The notes under the pieces: generated by a model | What the model was told of the DNA's origin: nothing | The model's input: the letters and a program-made list of their open reading frames with translations, nothing else | The model's database searches: none | Position numbers and translations under genes: made by a program | Part shown: piece by piece, positions 14,051-27,722 of the stretch | How the letters are laid out: each line of letters starts with the position of its first letter | Position numbering within the stretch: position 1 is the first letter of the stretch | Source: Octopus bimaculoides | Lineage: Eukaryota | Assembly: GCF_001194135.2 (NCBI RefSeq) | Contig: NC_068992.1 | Coordinates: 50,498,477 to 50,562,476, forward strand | DNA length: 64,000 nt | Direction: 5' to 3'

Positions 14051-15829
14051 ATACGGAGACAAGGAGAAAAACACGGAGAAAAAAAATTGTATATATATAT
14101 ATATATATACACACATTATGCATACACACCACACACACAAACATATTAACGAAAGATGCGAATGTATCTTTGTTAAACATAGTTTTTCACCAAGATTCGC
14201 CTACTCATTATGGGTTGATGCATAACGCCAGCTCATCTCGAAATATAATGTAAACGATGTCAGAACAAACTTCCTTTTTTGTATATTGCAATGCATTTTG
14301 TACCATATTAGATTTTCAATTTTTAATCCATTAAATATCCTGGTGAATATCTCTTAGCAGAAGACCGACCTACACGTAATGACTACATTCTTTTGGACAT
14401 CCTAATATGCCTAATATTTTATTCGCTGCATGAGCACCAAAATCGCAGTTCAGATGTACCCATTAATTTCTCCAAAACGCAATTCATTGGCTGTTTTTCA
14501 AAGTTGAAATCATATAATTTTCTTCTGTAATTTTACATAACTTCCAATAAACTCACTTTCTTTATGTATGATTTTCAGTTCAAAACCTTTTCCAGATTTC
14601 ATCACGTGCTTTCGTTCTTAACTTTACTAAAATTTTAATATTCTCATGGAAACGAAAGCCCTTTTTATTCCCCAATATTACTGTTTCACATGTAGCAAAT
14701 TGCTTTCCATAACAACTTAACAACCGGTACTTAGGCTCGCATCTTATTAATTTCAAACCAACACACCCTTATATTTTATTAATTTGTTACAACGTATTAT
14801 GAAATTTGCACGTTTTAGCTTCCTGCTTTTATGTGGCTTACTGAGTATTTCCCCGAAAATCAATATACACAACTCTATTTTATTTGTTGAATAGTATGTT
14901 GCCTTTCTAAACTTCAGTTTTTACATAAACGCATTTCTGAAACCTTATACAAGTGTATAATTAGCATATATATATTATATATATCGGTACCTGAAGGCAT
15001 TGAGCTGGCAGAAANNNNNNNNNNNNNNNNNNNNNNNNNNNNNNNNNNNNNNNNNNNNNNNNNNNNNNNNNNNNNNNNNNNNNNNNNNNNNNNNNNNNNN
15101 NNNNNNNNNNNNNNNNNNNNNNNNNNNNNNNNNNNNNNNNNNNNNNNNNNNNNNNNNNNNNNNNNNNNNNNNNNNNNNNNNNNNNNNNNNNNNNNNNNNN
15201 NNNNNNNNNNNNNNNNNNNNNNNNNNNNNNNNNNNNNNNNNNNNNNNNNNNNNNNNNNNNNNNNNNNNNNNNNNNNNNNNNNNNNNNNNNNNNNNNNNNN
15301 AGCGTACCCTTAATGTGATTGTCATACAGAACCAACGCGTCATAAGGTGTGTGAATCCGTTAACTCATTTTTTCTCAGAAGATAATCTACAGAAAACATA
15401 ATTTGTTCAAGATGCCACGTCTTAGGATCGATCCCGGTATCACGGCTCGACTGCCTTCTGACAACTTATCTACTGCGAAAATATGTATAAAACTGTATAA
15501 TACTCAAGTATATCGCATGTGCCTTCACATACGTATTTATTAAATACACTGCTGTATTGTTCCATTTAGACAGATTTTCCACTAAATATATTTTATAATG
15601 AATTAACTATTTCAAATGTGTTACTTTAATTGCAATGAATTCCGATAGAATCAATTTTTATTTAAAATCGTTTGTGCTAACATACATCGCTTATATAAAC
15701 CAAAGCACAGAATTTTACCTATGTACTTATGTGATGTTAATCTATGTTGTTAATTTGATCTTCGATATTTATTTCCTGCATAGTTTGTGCCTAGTTGTGT
15801 GGGGCGCAGGCACTTTAAAATACGTTCGA

Positions 15830-16480
15830 TAGCACGGCAATACTTGTCCCTACATCAACAGCACTACAGCTATCACTGCCTGGAAGTTACAATTTCCAAA
15901 CTATATATTGGAACATTCAAATTAGCAATGCATTTAAATTGGGGAAAAAGAATTGGAGATCGCTTTAGCAAGGATATTCGAAGCATAATACTACATATCG
16001 CCACCCACTTCAACACTAGGGATCATTGCATCACTTCCTAACAAAGGTTCGGCATTTCTGCTCATGGTAGTACTACATACTGAAGAAAATGGATGATTAA
16101 ACGTTTAATTTTAGAGCTAATTAGCATGTAAGCGATATGCTTATGCGAACAAGTTTTCCTTCTAGTCACACATCTCTTAGTTCAGCTATCACTATCGTAT
16201 CCTTCAATTTCTCTCTCACTCCATCTTTTCTTTTCGCTTCATTCTCGCCTTTTCCCCTTCTCATTTCATTTCTCTTTTCAGATATCTTTCTCACCTAGTT
16301 TCTGTCTCCTGCTACTATCCTCCCACATATGGTTCTCCCGTAATAGTTGCAGTTAGAGCTCAAAACTCTACTGTCACTTTTTTAGTTTTACTCTTTCCTT
16401 GAAGAAGGACTGTGTCCGAAACGTTGGAGTTTTTCACTCACCAGACTAAGTTCACTGTATTTTGTTCTATCGATCTTAGT
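15830..16480 (+). mobile_element. 3' remnant of a Penelope-like retroelement (GIY-YIG C-terminus plus hammerhead-bearing terminal region)
   Basis: Frame-broken peptides TCPYI (15842-15856), KLYIG, GKRIGDRFSKDIRSI..IATHFN..H (to about 16020) and RKWMIKRLILEL (16083-16119) match the PLE endonuclease pattern C..CPYI / YIG / R..RF.EH...VA.HFN / RK..E..LI..L. A pyrimidine-rich UTR and an HHR-like motif at 16399-16429 follow. Confidence 0.7.
16395..16429 (+). ncRNA. Minimal hammerhead-like motif in a PLE terminal region
   Basis: ttcc TTGAAGA A GGAC tgt GTCC GAAA CG TT ggag: 4-bp stem I, 4-bp stem II, palindromic AACGTT stem III, with C3 changed to T. Confidence 0.55.
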
Positions 16481-16544
16481 GAATAATTAATAAAAGTCTT
16501 GCCGATGCAGACCGACACCAGTCTTATTAGATTCTCCTTCATCT

Positions 16545-16585
<41 letters not shown>

Positions 16586-17649
16586 ATGTATCTGTGCTTC
16601 TCAGTCATGTCGAAAATCTACATTTGGTGGAAGATCGAAGTCACTGTCACAATTTAAAAAAACTATCTGCGTGAGTGCTGTTGGTGGTGTGTGTATTTCT
16701 TTGCATGCGTGCTCTTTGTGGCGTACATATTTATTTAATTGTGCCTATGTATGTACATATGTATGTATTTATGTATGTATGTATGTACGTATGTATGCAT
16801 GTATGTATGTAAGTGTGCAAAGATGATGACGTGATGTTGTAATTTAAATTTCTTTGAAAAATCACATGAAAGATATAATTTAATACATCAAAATTAGGCA
16901 TAAAATGTCAGACGAAGATATTGAACTCGTAGGCCGGTGAATTGCACTTTATCATTAATTATAGAATATCGTTGTATCATTTTCAGTTACTTCTATTGAT
17001 TCATGAAACACTGTTGATGTTGTTATTGTTGCCGAGATGCTTTCAACAGTGAAACTAATTAGAATTTTGTTATTAATTATCTACTTATAAACTTTCATAG
17101 TGGAAAATTTACATAGAGATAAAATGGATGGATTCTGAAAATAAAGAAGAGAGAGAGAGAGAGGGGGGAGGAAGAAAGAGAAACAAAAGTGGTGAGGTAC
17201 AGAGAAAGAGAGATCTTCTGTACACACTTATATATTCATCAATACATATGTATATATATATATATTATACACACACCCTCACATTATGTAGAAAAATAAA
17301 CACACTCAGCTTTCCGTCGGTTTCGACGATGGGCATATGACGTGTATGAGTGGCTGAGTATTTCTCTGATAACAGTACTCCTTATATAATCTTTACGCAG
17401 AACCAGCATGAAAAAAAAAAGCTTCAGCACGTCTGTACATTCAGCTGCAGGCGCAATAATGCATTTAACGATCTTCTACAATTTCTGTCAACTTTGTTAA
17501 CTATCAAGGCCCCAGTTGACTCATCTCCTGTCTACTGAGTTTTAGAAAGGATGTTAGAAGGTCTCTGAGGATTGTACGAAGGTTGACGAGTGTGATAAAT
17601 ATCCAACATGAAGTTTTACATCAACCTCAATAAATCTGTAAGTGGAATC

Positions 17650-18520
17650 CCGAATGCTTCTTAAGAATTTTGTTGAAACTTTGTTAGGTGTGAAACAGAT
17701 TTATCAGGGGCACGCATATTTCAAGGCCGATCTAGTGTCTATTCAAGATGATGAGACTCAGAGGTAATAGTCACAAGTAAAAACCCGGAACATATGGAAA
17801 ATTCGTGTTCATCCATGAAGATCATTTTGTGATTGAGATCAGTTATGGGATCAACCAGACTATCCTCAAAGATGACTTGAACAAGGTGGCGTTCATGCAA
17901 AATTTGATTACAGCTCAGAAATATGAGCAAGAGCAGCAGCGATTTGAACTTTGCACCATTTGCTCTATCATAAAACTCAGAGCATTTGTTTTCATGTTGT
18001 CGCTTAATTATTGAAAAAATGGTAATGCAATAATATCAATAACTTCGATTGCCACACATAACCCACGAAACTAAATAAAGAAGTACCGATTGGAAACAAT
18101 ATTTCTTACATTGAGACGGAAAGCTATAGGTGGAATTGTTCTTAGATATCACTATGTTACTGGTACCTTTTGATGCATTAACCTTCAGAAAGCAAAAAGT
18201 TGCAAAACAATCACAAATTGAATGTTCTTGATATTTTAACTAAGGATGGTAAAAAGATTTAAATTAATATGACAAGGAATTGAATTTAGTCTTCTAGTAT
18301 TTTCTGCCAGAGATTATGCGAGTGAGAGTATTCTTCCACCCGTATAGAACCAATATACATCCACCCATCAATAACTTCCACCATTTGCTGCTCATCATTG
18401 AAACACAAATGATGGAGGAATACCATGATATGATGTAGTTTCATGAGAGAGAAGATTAGGAAAGAGATTGGAATCGATTTTTCAGCGCTGGGAAATCCAT
18501 AAAACAAACTATGGCCATGA
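17650..18520 (+). mobile_element. Heavily decayed mariner (DD34D-like) transposase
   Basis: FKADLVSIQDDE, TSKNPEHME and FIHEDH..EISYGINQTILKDDLNKVA..ITAQK...R.ELC resemble the mariner HTH region. HPYRTNIHP..NFHHL and FQRWE near 18330-18510 weakly resemble the PHPPYSPDLAP / RW C-terminus. Many stops and frameshifts. Confidence 0.55.
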
Positions 18521-18859
18521 ACATATCCTGTTTAAGGAGATAAAAGCAAGGTAGAGAAGAAGATTATTAGATTTACAGCCACTGATATCTTTTGCTTTCA
18601 CTAAGCATTATAGAGAACTAAGCATTGGAAAGATATTGAGAAGAATTTACAGTTAACTAGATCTTTAAAAATATGAACAAGCACTTTTGATGTTTAATAT
18701 TTTCTGTTTGTGGGATATCTATTCGAAGAGGGAACAACACTCACCATATTGCTTTGAAAACTATAAAATCAAAAGCCAAGTTTGGTCTGTGACATTAGGC
18801 TGTATTGATTGATTTATTTCTTAATGTATATTTGTTTGTGTATTCTTATATTTATTCTT

Positions 18860-19010
18860 AATCTTCATATAATTCATCATCATCATCACCCTCATCATCG
18901 TCGTCGTCGTCATCATAATGATCATCATCTTCATCATCGTCGTCGTCGTCGTCGTCGTCATCATCATCATCATCATTACTGTTATTATTATTAATAATAT
19001 TATTATTGCT
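18860..19010. repeat. Compound (CAT)/(CGT)/(TAT) trinucleotide repeat
   Basis: Direct reading. Similar cryptically simple trinucleotide blocks at 23740-24150, 25360-25470, 39230-39460, 40400-40650 and 59460-59900. Confidence 0.85.
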
Positions 19011-19458
19011 TTTTTGTTGTTTTATTTTTGGTTACTTTTACATCTTGAAATAGTTGACTGTTCTGGAATAAATAAAATGATATAGAGCGGTAATCTGGTC
19101 AGAGCAACCTTGCAGCTTGGGCATTACTGGTGTGTAGCGATGTTATACCATTTTAGCTGAACGCTTCATAATTTATCACGTTATGATAGAACACACATTA
19201 TTCATTGTTTCAAATATATTTTTGCACGTATGCATTCACATGTATTGTTGAATGCATGCATTCAGGTGTGTAAGAGTGTATGCATATTCATAAAATGTAT
19301 GAATGTATATCTATGAATTTATATAAGTATGTATATATGGATGGCTGGATAAATAGATGCGCATGGATATAAGTGCATGGTTATATGTAAGCTTGCACCT
19401 GTATGGTTAGATTGATAAATATATGTATGGTAATGCGTAAGTATATATGTATATGTTC

Positions 19459-19489
<31 letters not shown>

Positions 19490-19616
19490 CGTGTGTGTAT
19501 ATCTGTGTGTGCGTGTCTGTGTATATATATATATATGTGTGTGTGTGTGCATGTATATGTGTGCGTGTATGAACATACACACACAACACAAAAATACATA
19601 TATGATTGTATGTATG

Positions 19617-19655
<39 letters not shown>

Positions 19656-20008
19656 GGTAGGAGAGCAAGAAAGACAGAAGCAGAAATATCCATCAAATTC
19701 TCACATTTCATTCTGAGATAAAATAAAATAACCATTTATAACCATTATAGTCACCATTTTAAGCGTATTTTGTAACTCTTACACTCCAATATAATTATGT
19801 ACGTATATAATTATGCATACACTTATGCATATGTACGCATATAGATGTTAAGTATAAAGATATGTGTGTGTGTATGTATATGAATATTTGTATGAAAATT
19901 TAGGTATATACACACATATATATATATATATGTGTGTATGTGTACGTATGTATGTATTTATGTATATGAATATATGTGTGCATATCTATATCTGCACACA
20001 CACACACA

Positions 20009-20097
<89 letters not shown>

Positions 20098-20439
20098 ATA
20101 TATACCAATGCTTGCATAACTATACTCTTCTCACGATTTTTATATACGTGTAGATTACCAGTGTTGGCTTCCTCAGATAATGTTTCACTCCTTAGCCAAG
20201 TAATAGTTTAACAATGATGTTCCTATCATAAATTAAATATAAAATGAAGACCTGAACAATGGCAGATTGAAAAATAATATTTTCACTGCCGAATCTTGCT
20301 GATTTCATAAAATGTGATGATAAATCCCTGTTGCCTCAAGTCAGAGGTTTGCATATAAGAATAGAAAACTGTTCAATTCGAAGAAAGATAAAGATCGTAT
20401 AGTAATAGGAAACGAAATATAATAACAAAACAGTGAGTG

Positions 20440-21170
20440 TGTTTGTAAACTCACGAAGATTAAATGTCATATAAGAAATCTGATGGTCGTACAATTGAGT
20501 TGTATCGTGGTTTTGTATGTATTCCTCTCATACATTTTTCATAGCATCCCCAAGGCCCCAATAATAATTTACACTATCTTCACACTTTTCGTCGTCGACA
20601 ATCGGGTTATCACATCTTTAAGAGGAATGTGTAGGCTAACCTTTTCGCTCCTCTTCTTAACTATTCGTTGGTCAAATGGGCATGCAGCATCGCTTATGGA
20701 GAGCACGTGGTTAATGTGTCCATCACCACGATGTCCTTCTCGTTGTGCTCAAGGACCTGTTCCATCTACATTGGGAAATCCCACAGGATTTTACAATTGT
20801 TCAACTCAGCCACTCTGAGGTTTGTGTCTGTACAATGTCTTGACTCTATCTAACCGCCACCCCAACTTTTCTCTCAGTTTCCAATGCAGCACCTTTGTTA
20901 CCACATTATTATCGCCACATTTATGTTGGTTTTTGTCTAGGCGAGGTTATTCATTCACAATATGGGCAAATTCGGCAAAATGGAGATACTTGCACATTTC
21001 TAAGTTTGTGGCCAAAGATGTATAGTGCACTGCAAGTATAGTCATTCTCGACTTGTCGTGTCGTGTGTCCCTTTCTTTAATCAATCTCAGGTAAATGTTA
21101 CGCTTTATACTTTCTGAGTCCGAAGATCGAAAAGATTCAGCTTCAAGTAAATCAGACTCTTCACAAAATT
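20440..21170 (-). mobile_element. Decayed R4/Dong-type non-LTR retrotransposon C-terminus (CCHC knuckle plus restriction-like endonuclease)
   Basis: Minus-strand peptides SPFCRIC (about 20966-20985), VLHWKL, KILWDFP, LEHN.KDIVVMD, DAACPFDQRIVKKRSEK and V.IV*IIIGALG (20548-20568), in the correct order with stops and frameshifts. Confidence 0.85.
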
Positions 21171-22992
21171 TTGCTCATGCTTCCAACGTTATATGTTTAA
21201 ATACAAAAATACATAGATGCTTTCATGCACCCTAATGTACAAGCTGATAGAGCATAACGACGCAGAAACACATATCCTTTATAGCTCGGTGGTGGTGTAA
21301 TTTTCACACTCATTGTCTATGAGGAGATTACTCTCAGTGAGATAAATTTCCGCAGTGAACGTTTTGCCTTTGTTGAGTTAATAAAAACCATCTAAAATAC
21401 CACTGTACACAAACACATTTCAATCAATGCTACTTACTGCAGATCTTAATTAATTCCAGCCTCGCAAGTCTATGCGAACACTAGTAAATTTTTCATTTGA
21501 TCTTTCATGCTGTAAAAGATGGATTCGTTGTCCATTGATGACGAAGCACAACGACGCCGAACCATACGTGTTATGGTGGGATAACATAATTCATAGCCCA
21601 GTGGTGTGATTGTCACACATATTGCCCGAAATAAGAACACATTTGAGGAGTTTATTTCCGCAGAGCAGAGGTTCACGCGTTTGAGTGTGCATGAGCTTGT
21701 TAAATACAATTGTACAAAGCTATGTTATGTAGATATACACTCATATGCACACATGTACAAACACATGTGCACAGAAGTGTATATAATTAAACTTTCTAAC
21801 GTTTGGTGAACTATTTACAACAAAGTTTGACGATAATGTTTGTCAGATCTAGACATCTTAACACATGTTATATTGGACAGATAAAATGTATATGTGATTA
21901 TTAACACGGATTATGTAAGCTTGCTATTTTCTACAAAACTGTGGGCCATCAAATGTTACAATGGAATTAGTGCATCTTGAAATCTTACATGCAGATAATT
22001 ACCTACACAGGTGCATTAACCCCCGAAAAAGATATATATTTATACGTATATAAATGCATACATCANNNNNNNNNNNNNNNNNNNNNNNNNNNNNNNNNNN
22101 NNNNNNNNNNNNNNNNNNNNNNNNNNNNNNNNNNNNNNNNNNNNNNNNNNNNNNNNNNNNNNNNNNNNNNNNNNNNNNNNNNNNNNNNNNNNNNNNNNNN
22201 NNNNNNNNNNNNNNNNNNNNNNNNNNNNNNNNNNNNNNNNNNNNNNNNNNNNNNNNNNNNNNNNNNNNNNNNNNNNNNNNNNNNNNNNNNNNNNNNNNNN
22301 NNNNNNNNNNNNNNNNNNNNNNNNNNNNNNNNNNNNNNNNNNNNNNNNNNNNNNNNNNNNNNNNNNNNNNNNNNNNNNNNNNNNNNNNNNNNNNNNNNNN
22401 NNNNNNNNNNNNNNNNNNNNNNNNNNNNNNNNNNNNNNNNNNNNNNNNNNNNNNNNNNNNNNNNNNNNNNNNNNNNNNNNNNNNNNNNNNNNNTATATAT
22501 ATATATATGCACATACATACATACACATACATACACATACATACATACACATACATACATGCACATACATACACATACACATAATGATTAAGATGTTTCA
22601 CACTAGCAAACGTAAATATGGAAGGCATATGAAGTATATGCACAGAATATTTTCTTTTGCGAAAACAGAAAGACAAGATGTACATCTTTAGTTAAGCAAA
22701 TTAAGACGGAAAAACAACGGAGAAGTGCTACACAAATACAAATCCATATAACAGGACATAACAACGAATTAAATTAAGCTGGCGCGTGTAAAAGTGAAAC
22801 CTTATGGCAGGGACATAAGAGATAACAGGCATGGGGAGGAATATAGATGTTGCACAGACAGTAGTCGAACCAAGAAATAATGATTAGGCTTGGCCGAACA
22901 CCGGTCACATGGGGAGGGAGAAGAGATATAGGGGGCAGAGGGAGAGGAGATTTAGGGAGGGACTAGAAAAAAGGGAGAAAGTGAAATATATA

Positions 22993-23148
22993 TACGGCGG
23001 GTATCTTTCAGTTTCTGTATACCAAATCCACTCACAAGGCTCTGTTCGGCCCGAGGCTATAGTGGAAGACACTTGCCCAAGGTACCACACAGTAGGACTG
23101 TACCCGGAACCATGTGGTTGGGAAGCAAGCTTCTTACCACACAGCCAC
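22993..23148 (-). mobile_element. 5' half of a tRNA-derived CORE-like SINE
   Basis: Reverse complement gtggctgtgtggtaagaagcttgcttcccaaccacatggttccgggtacagtcc...ggtaccttgggcaagtgtcttcc has A/B-box-like motifs and the CORE-like ccttgggcaagt, and ends in a (TA) run. Confidence 0.85.
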
Positions 23149-23484
23149 ATATACACTCATATATATGTACATTATATATATATGTACATATACATACATA
23201 CATATATATATATATACATATATATATAAGANNNNNNNNNNNNNNNNNNNNNNNNNNNNNNNNNNNNNNNNNNNNNNNNNNNNNNNNNNNNNNNNNNNNN
23301 NNNNNNNNNNNNNNNNNNNNNNNNNNNNNNNNNNNNNNNNNNNNNNNNNNNNNNNNNNNNNNNNNNNNNNNNNNNNNNNNNNNNNNNNNNNNNNNNNNNN
23401 NNNNNNNNNNNNNNNNNNNNNNNNNNNNNNNNNNNNNNNNNNNNNNNNNNNNNNNNNNNNNNNNNNNNNNNNNNNNNNNNNNNN

Positions 23485-23518
<34 letters not shown>

Positions 23519-24190
23519 CATATATATTATGTCTGCTTATTTATATATGTGTGTACGCGTATGTGCCTGTGTATGGTGTATGTTTGAGTGTGTGTGTGTG
23601 TGTGAGTGTTTGTGTGCGCGTTTAGGTGGTGTGTGTTTACATGCAGCTGAAGAAAACTTCTGAGATTCTTGACACTTGAGGCAATGTCTGATATTCTGCA
23701 AGTAGACACCAATGATTTCTCAAGATTACTTTGCTAAAATGTTGATCATAACAATAAGGAATGCTTGGTGTTCTGGCGGTGGTTTGCGTTCAGCACTAAT
23801 AGTTCTGCATGTTGCTGGTGTCGTTGTTGCTTTTCTTGTTGTTGTTGTTGTTGTTGTGTTGCTGTTGGTGGTGATAATTTCGATGATAACAGTGATAATG
23901 AACGTAGTGATATTAAGTGATGATATTGGTATTGCTGCTGGCCTTGATTTTAATGAGGAATGGTAACAGTAGTGATGGTGGGGGCGTTGGTATTGGTAGC
24001 GATGTCGTTGGTGTATGCGGTGATGGCGGCGAAGCTGTCAATGCTTGTAGTAGTTTGTGAATGATATTCTTGGTATTTGCAGCTTTGATTGTTGATGCCG
24101 GATGCAATTATGGTGGTTGTGGGAACGATGCTGATCTAAACGATAGTAGTGTCAATTAATTAATTAATCAATTTAATTATTTTTTGCTGC

Positions 24191-24360
24191 TGCTTAGCCG
24201 GATTTCGTCTGTCTTTACGTTCTAAATTCAAATTCCGCCTACGTCGACTTCGTCTTTTAACCTTTCGGGGTCGATAAAATAAGTACCAGTGGAGAAGTGG
24301 AGTCGATGTAATCAACTGACTCCCGCTCCCTAAATTGCTGGCCTTGTGCCAAAATAGAAT
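24191..24360 (+). mobile_element. SINE family A copy, 5' truncated
   Basis: tgcttagc...ttcgtctgtctttacgttctaaattcaaattccgcc...cctttcggggtcgataaaataagtaccag...ggccttgtgccaaaa. Confidence 0.9.
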
Positions 24361-25736
24361 TGGTTTCAATGATGGTGCTGTTGATATGGAACTGAAATGA
24401 AAACTGGCTGTTGTGATGACGCTGATGTTACTCTCAGCTGTAGGATTTGTTGTGCGGGATATTTTGGTGATGACAACCGGGCCAATGATAAATGTTTTAT
24501 TACTGAACTGAAGGTAGAAATAGTTGTTATATTAAAAGAACAAACAGGATTCGTCATACTCACAAACGCGCGCGCACGTATATATATGTGGTGTGTGTAT
24601 CTATCGATTTATCTATTTATCTATTTATCTATTACGTATATACATATGTGTGTATGCATGGTTCTCTTCCTCTTCTGTTTTCCTTCACTTGTTTCCCCGC
24701 TCACAGATACTCGCTTCAATACCACTGAGCCATTGCGCCTCCACATATGTATACATGTCTGAGAGCGTAAATATGTGTGTATACCATAATTTTAAGGATC
24801 AGGAATAATTTCCAGCTAAACAGCAGCAGCAGCAAAAAAAAAACACACAACAACATTCCAATAACAATAAAAAAACAACAATACATTTTAAATACTTGTC
24901 CGAGGTCCAAGCGGCAGCCGATCTGACAGAACTATAACCCATAACTTACCAAAATACCTATTGTGTCTTTTGAAGCCAATCAAGAATTCTAGAGATTTTA
25001 GGACATTGACATTATCTCATATACTCTTTCGATTGTACGATAGGTATATGAGGGTAAATTCTTTTATAATTTCGAGCTGGTGGAGCAACCCCATGGTTTT
25101 ACCCTCAGACACTCACAATGATCAATGAATTTGCATTTCTTTGCGCGTTCTATATGAGTTGGTAAAACGGCATAGCACTAGAATTGCTATTACTTCGCAT
25201 CTATCTACAATGTATGCTGCTCCTGTTTTATATAAATGAAACCAATAAATAGACATTTGCTATTTCGTTTTATTTATATAACCAATACTTATATATTCTT
25301 GATAACTTAGAGAATTTTATAAGAATTGAAGAAGTTTTATTTATTTAACTATTATTAGTATCGTTGTTGTTGCTATTATTATTATTAGTGGTGGTCGTGG
25401 TAGCTGTAGTAGTAGTAGTAGTAGTAATAGTAGTAGTAGTAGGAATAGTAGTAATAGTGGTGGTATTAACACTGATCTCAGATTTCGTGAAGCTTAGACG
25501 GTATTATAACGTTAAAATCTTCGAAATCCGAAGAAAACGGCGATGGAAAACGTCGCCAGACGGTATTAGACAGCGAGACAGTTGTAGCCAGCAGGGAGAT
25601 CATTAACTGTTTGTATTCACTGACAGTTACTCCACCTTGATGAGTATTGTAAATCCATACATGTATGTGTGTGTGTATGAGTGTGTGTATGTGTATGTGC
25701 GAATACATTGCACATCTATATATTTATTAATCTATA

Positions 25737-25799
<63 letters not shown>

Positions 25800-26509
25800 G
25801 TATGTATATGTGTGTGCATATGCGTGTGTATACTTATATATCTATATGTGTGTGTGTGAGTGTATAGAAATATACACATACACACACATTTTTATGCGCA
25901 CATATAATACAGGAGTGAGTCAAACGTCGTTTTAAATGTAAATATAAACTAAAAAAACGTCAGAGGTCAACTGAGGTCTGGTGAGTATTTGAATGTATTT
26001 AACTTCACCTTACCATCTTATTTTTTCCTCGGTCTTCCTCCCTTCTCAACCTCCTCTCCGCCGCTTTCATGAAACCTACGCTTATTGCTCCAATTAACCG
26101 CCTCTACCCCAGTGTACTGTTGATTGGTATATTTCAAGGATTTTAGAATATTTCCTACTATCGCATTCCCCATTATAATGCGAACTTCCAAGGTTATTCC
26201 AGAAGAATGAGCAAGGTGTGCACAAAAAACTAGAGAAGAGCATCATCATATTTTGGCATTTATAAAATGATAAAGATTTCTATCTCCTTTCAAAATGATA
26301 TGTCTATAAAATGTAAAAAACATCACTGTGTGTACATCTAAAGATATCTCGAATAAGGCAACAATGATAGTACTAGATGCTGAAGGATGTTGTCCATCGA
26401 CATGTCCACGCCCCCCCCCCCCCAAAAAAAAACACACACACATACACGAGTGCGCGCACACAAAGAGATACACAATATACACATAAAATAAACGAGTAAA
26501 AAAAACTCA

Positions 26510-26830
26510 CTTCAGTTACGAATGACCGTAGGATTGCACCTAGAAATTTCCCGTTCGAGTCACAAATACGGACGTGGATGTTTTGTGGAAGACCTATCGG
26601 CCATACATACCAGGCTCCCTTCTTCGCACCATAGATGTTGTTCGAGGAAAAAGTAAAGACGGGTACGGCTTGGCGCCAGTGGCATCGTACCTTATTTCGA
26701 CAGTTGAGTGAACAGGAGCAACATGAAATAAAGGAGTTTGCTCAGGAACACAACACGTAGCTCAGTCAGGGAATCGTTTTCACAACATCACGGTTTATTC
26801 CCGACGCTCTAATCACTGGGCTGTGCGTCT
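26510..26830 (-). mobile_element. Near full-length tRNA-derived CORE-like SINE (second family)
   Basis: Reverse complement begins gcacagcccagtgattagagcgtcggg...gattccctg (degenerate A/B boxes), then gtgttcctgagcaaac (CORE-like) and a unique body. Confidence 0.75.
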
Positions 26831-26922
26831 TGTATCGGCCTTTGCCTTTTCCTTGGACAACATCCGTGGTGTGAAGAGGGGAAACTGGTATACAAGGGCA
26901 ACAGCGGGTTTTTCACAAAACA
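26831..26922 (+). mobile_element. Internal fragment of the same SINE family, inverted and directly abutting the previous copy
   Basis: tgtatcggcctttgccttttccttggacaacatccgtggtgtgaagaggggaaactggtat aligns to the reverse complement of about 26585-26670 (ccgtacccgtctttactttttcctcgaacaacatctatggtgcgaagaagggagcctggtat). Confidence 0.7.
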
Positions 26923-27722
26923 AAATTTTGTATGTGTTTGTTTTTGCATTTGTGTGTGTTGTTTGCGTATGTGTGTGTTGTTTGCGTATGTGTGTATATA
27001 AGTGTGTGCATATATATATATATANNNNNNNNNNNNNNNNNNNNNNNNNNNNNNNNNNNNNNNNNNNNNNNNNNNNNNNNNNNNNNNNNNNNNNNNNNNN
27101 NNNNNNNNNNNNNNNNNNNNNNNNNNNNNNNNNNNNNNNNNNNNNNNNNNNNNNNNNNNNNNNNNNNNNNNNNNNNNNNNNNNNNNNNNNNNNNNNNNNN
27201 NNNNNNNNNNNNNNNNNNNNNNNNNNNNNNNNNNNNNNNNNNNNNNNNNNNNNNNNNNNNNNNNNNNNNNNNNNNNNNNNNNNNNNNNNNNNNNNNNNNN
27301 NNNNNNNNNNNNNNNNNNNNNNNNNNNNNNNNNNNNNNNNNNNNNNNNNNNNNNNNNNNNNNNNNNNNNNNNNNNNNNNNNNNNNNNNNNNNNNNNNNNN
27401 NNNNNNNNNNNNNNNNNNNNNNNNNNNNNNNNNNNNNNNNNNNNGAGAGAGAGAGAGAGAAAGAGTGAGAGATTGTGGATGGTCTTCTAATTATAATTAT
27501 TAGCTTTCATTCTTATTAATATTATTATTATTTTGACCATCTTTGAATTTTAGTGTAGGACATGATGTCTCCAATTAATCGTATGAAACATTTATCACTA
27601 AAGAAGAGAATGATTCCTTCATTTCATTAGAAATATAAGGTTTTTCAGGAGCATCAAGAAGAATATGAATAAAGAAGATTGGACAGTCCATTAACCGTCA
27701 TACACAGGATTCGTAGAATTAT

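Noticed and set aside
21438-21509. Minus-strand segment with a good acceptor and GTAAGT donor
   Set aside because: Stops in all three frames. It shows that such signal pairs arise by chance here and tempers the other exon candidates.
22993-26830. tRNA genes at tRNA-like heads (23100-23148, 24700-24745, 26770-26830)
   Set aside because: They cannot be folded into full cloverleaves and continue into SINE bodies or are short head fragments, so they are SINE heads.
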